From Dictyostelium discoideum (Eukaryota), in assembly GCA_000004695.1 (NCBI GenBank), contig CM000152.2:3744001-3808000 (forward strand): a DNA stretch of 64,000 nt, read 5' to 3'. The translations under genes and the position numbers were made by a program. Under the pieces are notes generated by a model. It made no database searches. It was not told the DNA's origin and worked only from the letters and a program-made list of their open reading frames with translations. Shown here piece after piece: positions 62,896-64,000 of the stretch. Within the stretch, counting starts at the first letter, position 1. The number at the start of each line of letters is the position of its first letter.

Positions 62896-62901
62896 TTTTT
62901 T
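62896..62901 (+). terminator. oligo(T) run at the 3' end of the U3 gene
   Basis: tttttt lies immediately after ggctc. Confidence 0.5.
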
Positions 62902-63027
62902 AATTAATTTAATGAAAAAAATATCCAATTAAAAATACCTATTATATTGAATTGTTTAACTAAATGTTAAAAACTACAAATTATTAATAAAGCCATAAAT
63001 TATTATTTTTTGTTTATTTCTAAAGTA

Positions 63028-63933
63028 TTAGAATTTATTTAATTGTTTTATTAGTTTACTTTTTTTTACAGTTTTTTTTAAAAACTTGTTTTCATAATTT
63101 TTAATTAAATAATTTGTTTTTTTGATTAATTTTGATTTATTTATTGGTTGAGTTTGGATTAATTCAATTATTAAAATACCAGATGCACCAGGATGACTAA
63201 AACATAAACCATTATAATCTAAAATGAAATCAGTTATATCTATTGGTTTTTTAATTGATAATTGTTCAAAAGGTGAATGAGATTTCACTTTTTTTTCATT
63301 TTCATGATTTTCAAAATAGTAATCATTTATTGATAGATCATAATCAGTTGAATCATATTTGAAATCATTTTCAGTCTGTTTATAATAGAATTTCAATTGA
63401 ATTGATATTCTTCTTGATTGATCTAGTATTATTTTCCATGTGTTTTCACTTAATATTAAAACATAACTACATTTTTGATTATATTCAATAGTGAATAATC
63501 TTTTTATTCCTCTATTGAATGATGTTTTATTTTCATTTATTTCATTTATCATTTCAATTTGTTGTTTTGTTTGATCTTCATATAAAGGTGAATAGTTATT
63601 CTCTAGAAGTGGTGACGGTGGTGATGATGGTGGTGGTGATGTACAAGGTGACTGTGTTAATTTTACTGATGATAGTGTTAATAAATTAGTTTGATTTGAT
63701 TGCAACTGAAGTATTTTTTGATATTGTTTTTGTGGGGGAGATTTTATTTGTTGGTTGTTAAATTCAAGGTGATTATTTATAATAAATTGTTGATTTTTTG
63801 AATCTTGTAACATTTTTAATAATTTTCTTCTAAGAAATAATTCTTGCATTGAAAGTGATTGTTGTTGTAATGGAAGTGATTGTTGTTCGCTCTCTGATTT
63901 AACACTTTCTTTTAAATTATTTTTTTCAAACAT
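63028..63933 (-). CDS. hypothetical protein (301 aa), Q/S/P-rich N-terminal half
   Basis: A single ORF starts MFEKNNLKESVKSESEQQSLPLQQQSL. It contains SPPSPLLENNYSPLYEDQ and a C-terminal region NGLCFSHPGASGILIIELIQTQP. No match is recognised. Confidence 0.45.
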   Translation of the reverse strand: MFEKNNLKESVKSESEQQSLPLQQQSLSMQELFLRRKLLKMLQDSKNQQFIINNHLEFNNQQIKSPPQKQYQKILQLQSNQTNLLTLSSVKLTQSPCTSPPPSSPPSPLLENNYSPLYEDQTKQQIEMINEINENKTSFNRGIKRLFTIEYNQKCSYVLILSENTWKIILDQSRRISIQLKFYYKQTENDFKYDSTDYDLSINDYYFENHENEKKVKSHSPFEQLSIKKPIDITDFILDYNGLCFSHPGASGILIIELIQTQPINKSKLIKKTNYLIKNYENKFLKKTVKKSKLIKQLNKF

Positions 63934-64000
63934 TTTTAAATCAGTTTCACTTTTGTTCTATTAATTTTAAAACTAAAAAATTAAATAAAAAAAAAAAAAA

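Noticed and set aside
62760-62900. A simple box C/D snoRNA interpretation of the GATGATGA...TGATGA region
   Set aside because: I initially read it as a C/D pair but found no CUGA D/D' boxes. The upstream AGGATCATTTCTAGAGTATCGTC and the AGCGTGAA box identify it as U3, so it is reported as U3.

Overview
This window looks like Dictyostelium discoideum nuclear DNA. The evidence is roughly 75-80% A+T with long poly(A)/poly(T) tracts, huge (CAA)n and (AAT)n coding repeats giving polyQ and polyN, short AT-rich introns with GTAAGT/GTATGT donors and (T)nAG acceptors, and a DUSE-like TCCCATAA box upstream of an snRNA-type gene. So it is a gene-dense eukaryotic segment, not a prokaryotic locus with operons or CRISPR. 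I can support about 25 protein-coding genes, many split by introns that the ORF track cannot join. Both DNA strands were read by eye, not computed. (1) Three head-to-tail tandem paralogs of a roughly 940-aa SAP-domain gene family plus a fourth decayed and truncated copy lie at 78-12240. (2) An RRP12-like gene at 16317-20888 carries a G-quadruplex-type G-run in one intron. (3) A PI3K/PI4K-family lipid kinase at 27010-30818 carries a FYVE-like RHHCRxCG zinc finger and a polyQ tract of about 110 residues. (4) A TrxB-type thioredoxin reductase with an N-terminal extension lies at 31563-32734. (5) KRR1, a sarcosine-oxidase-like flavoenzyme, an NRF/acyltransferase-3 membrane protein and a GATA factor with an AT-hook are present. 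(6) A CMGC-like predicted pseudokinase lies at 50487-51739. (7) Two convergent FNIP-repeat paralogs overlap at their 3' ends at 58627-59540. (8) The best non-coding call is a U3 snoRNA gene at about 62680-62895 with a DUSE promoter box and an oligo(T) terminator. (9) U3-like fragments occur at about 43584-43630 and 48457-48535, and a second DUSE-associated small RNA candidate lies at 54439-54487. (10) The 10-mer TGTGTTAGTG recurs exactly four times in intergenic regions, and two probable single-base frameshifts (about 23170 and about 42160) may be assembly errors. No tRNA, rRNA, recognisable retrotransposon or CRISPR array was found.
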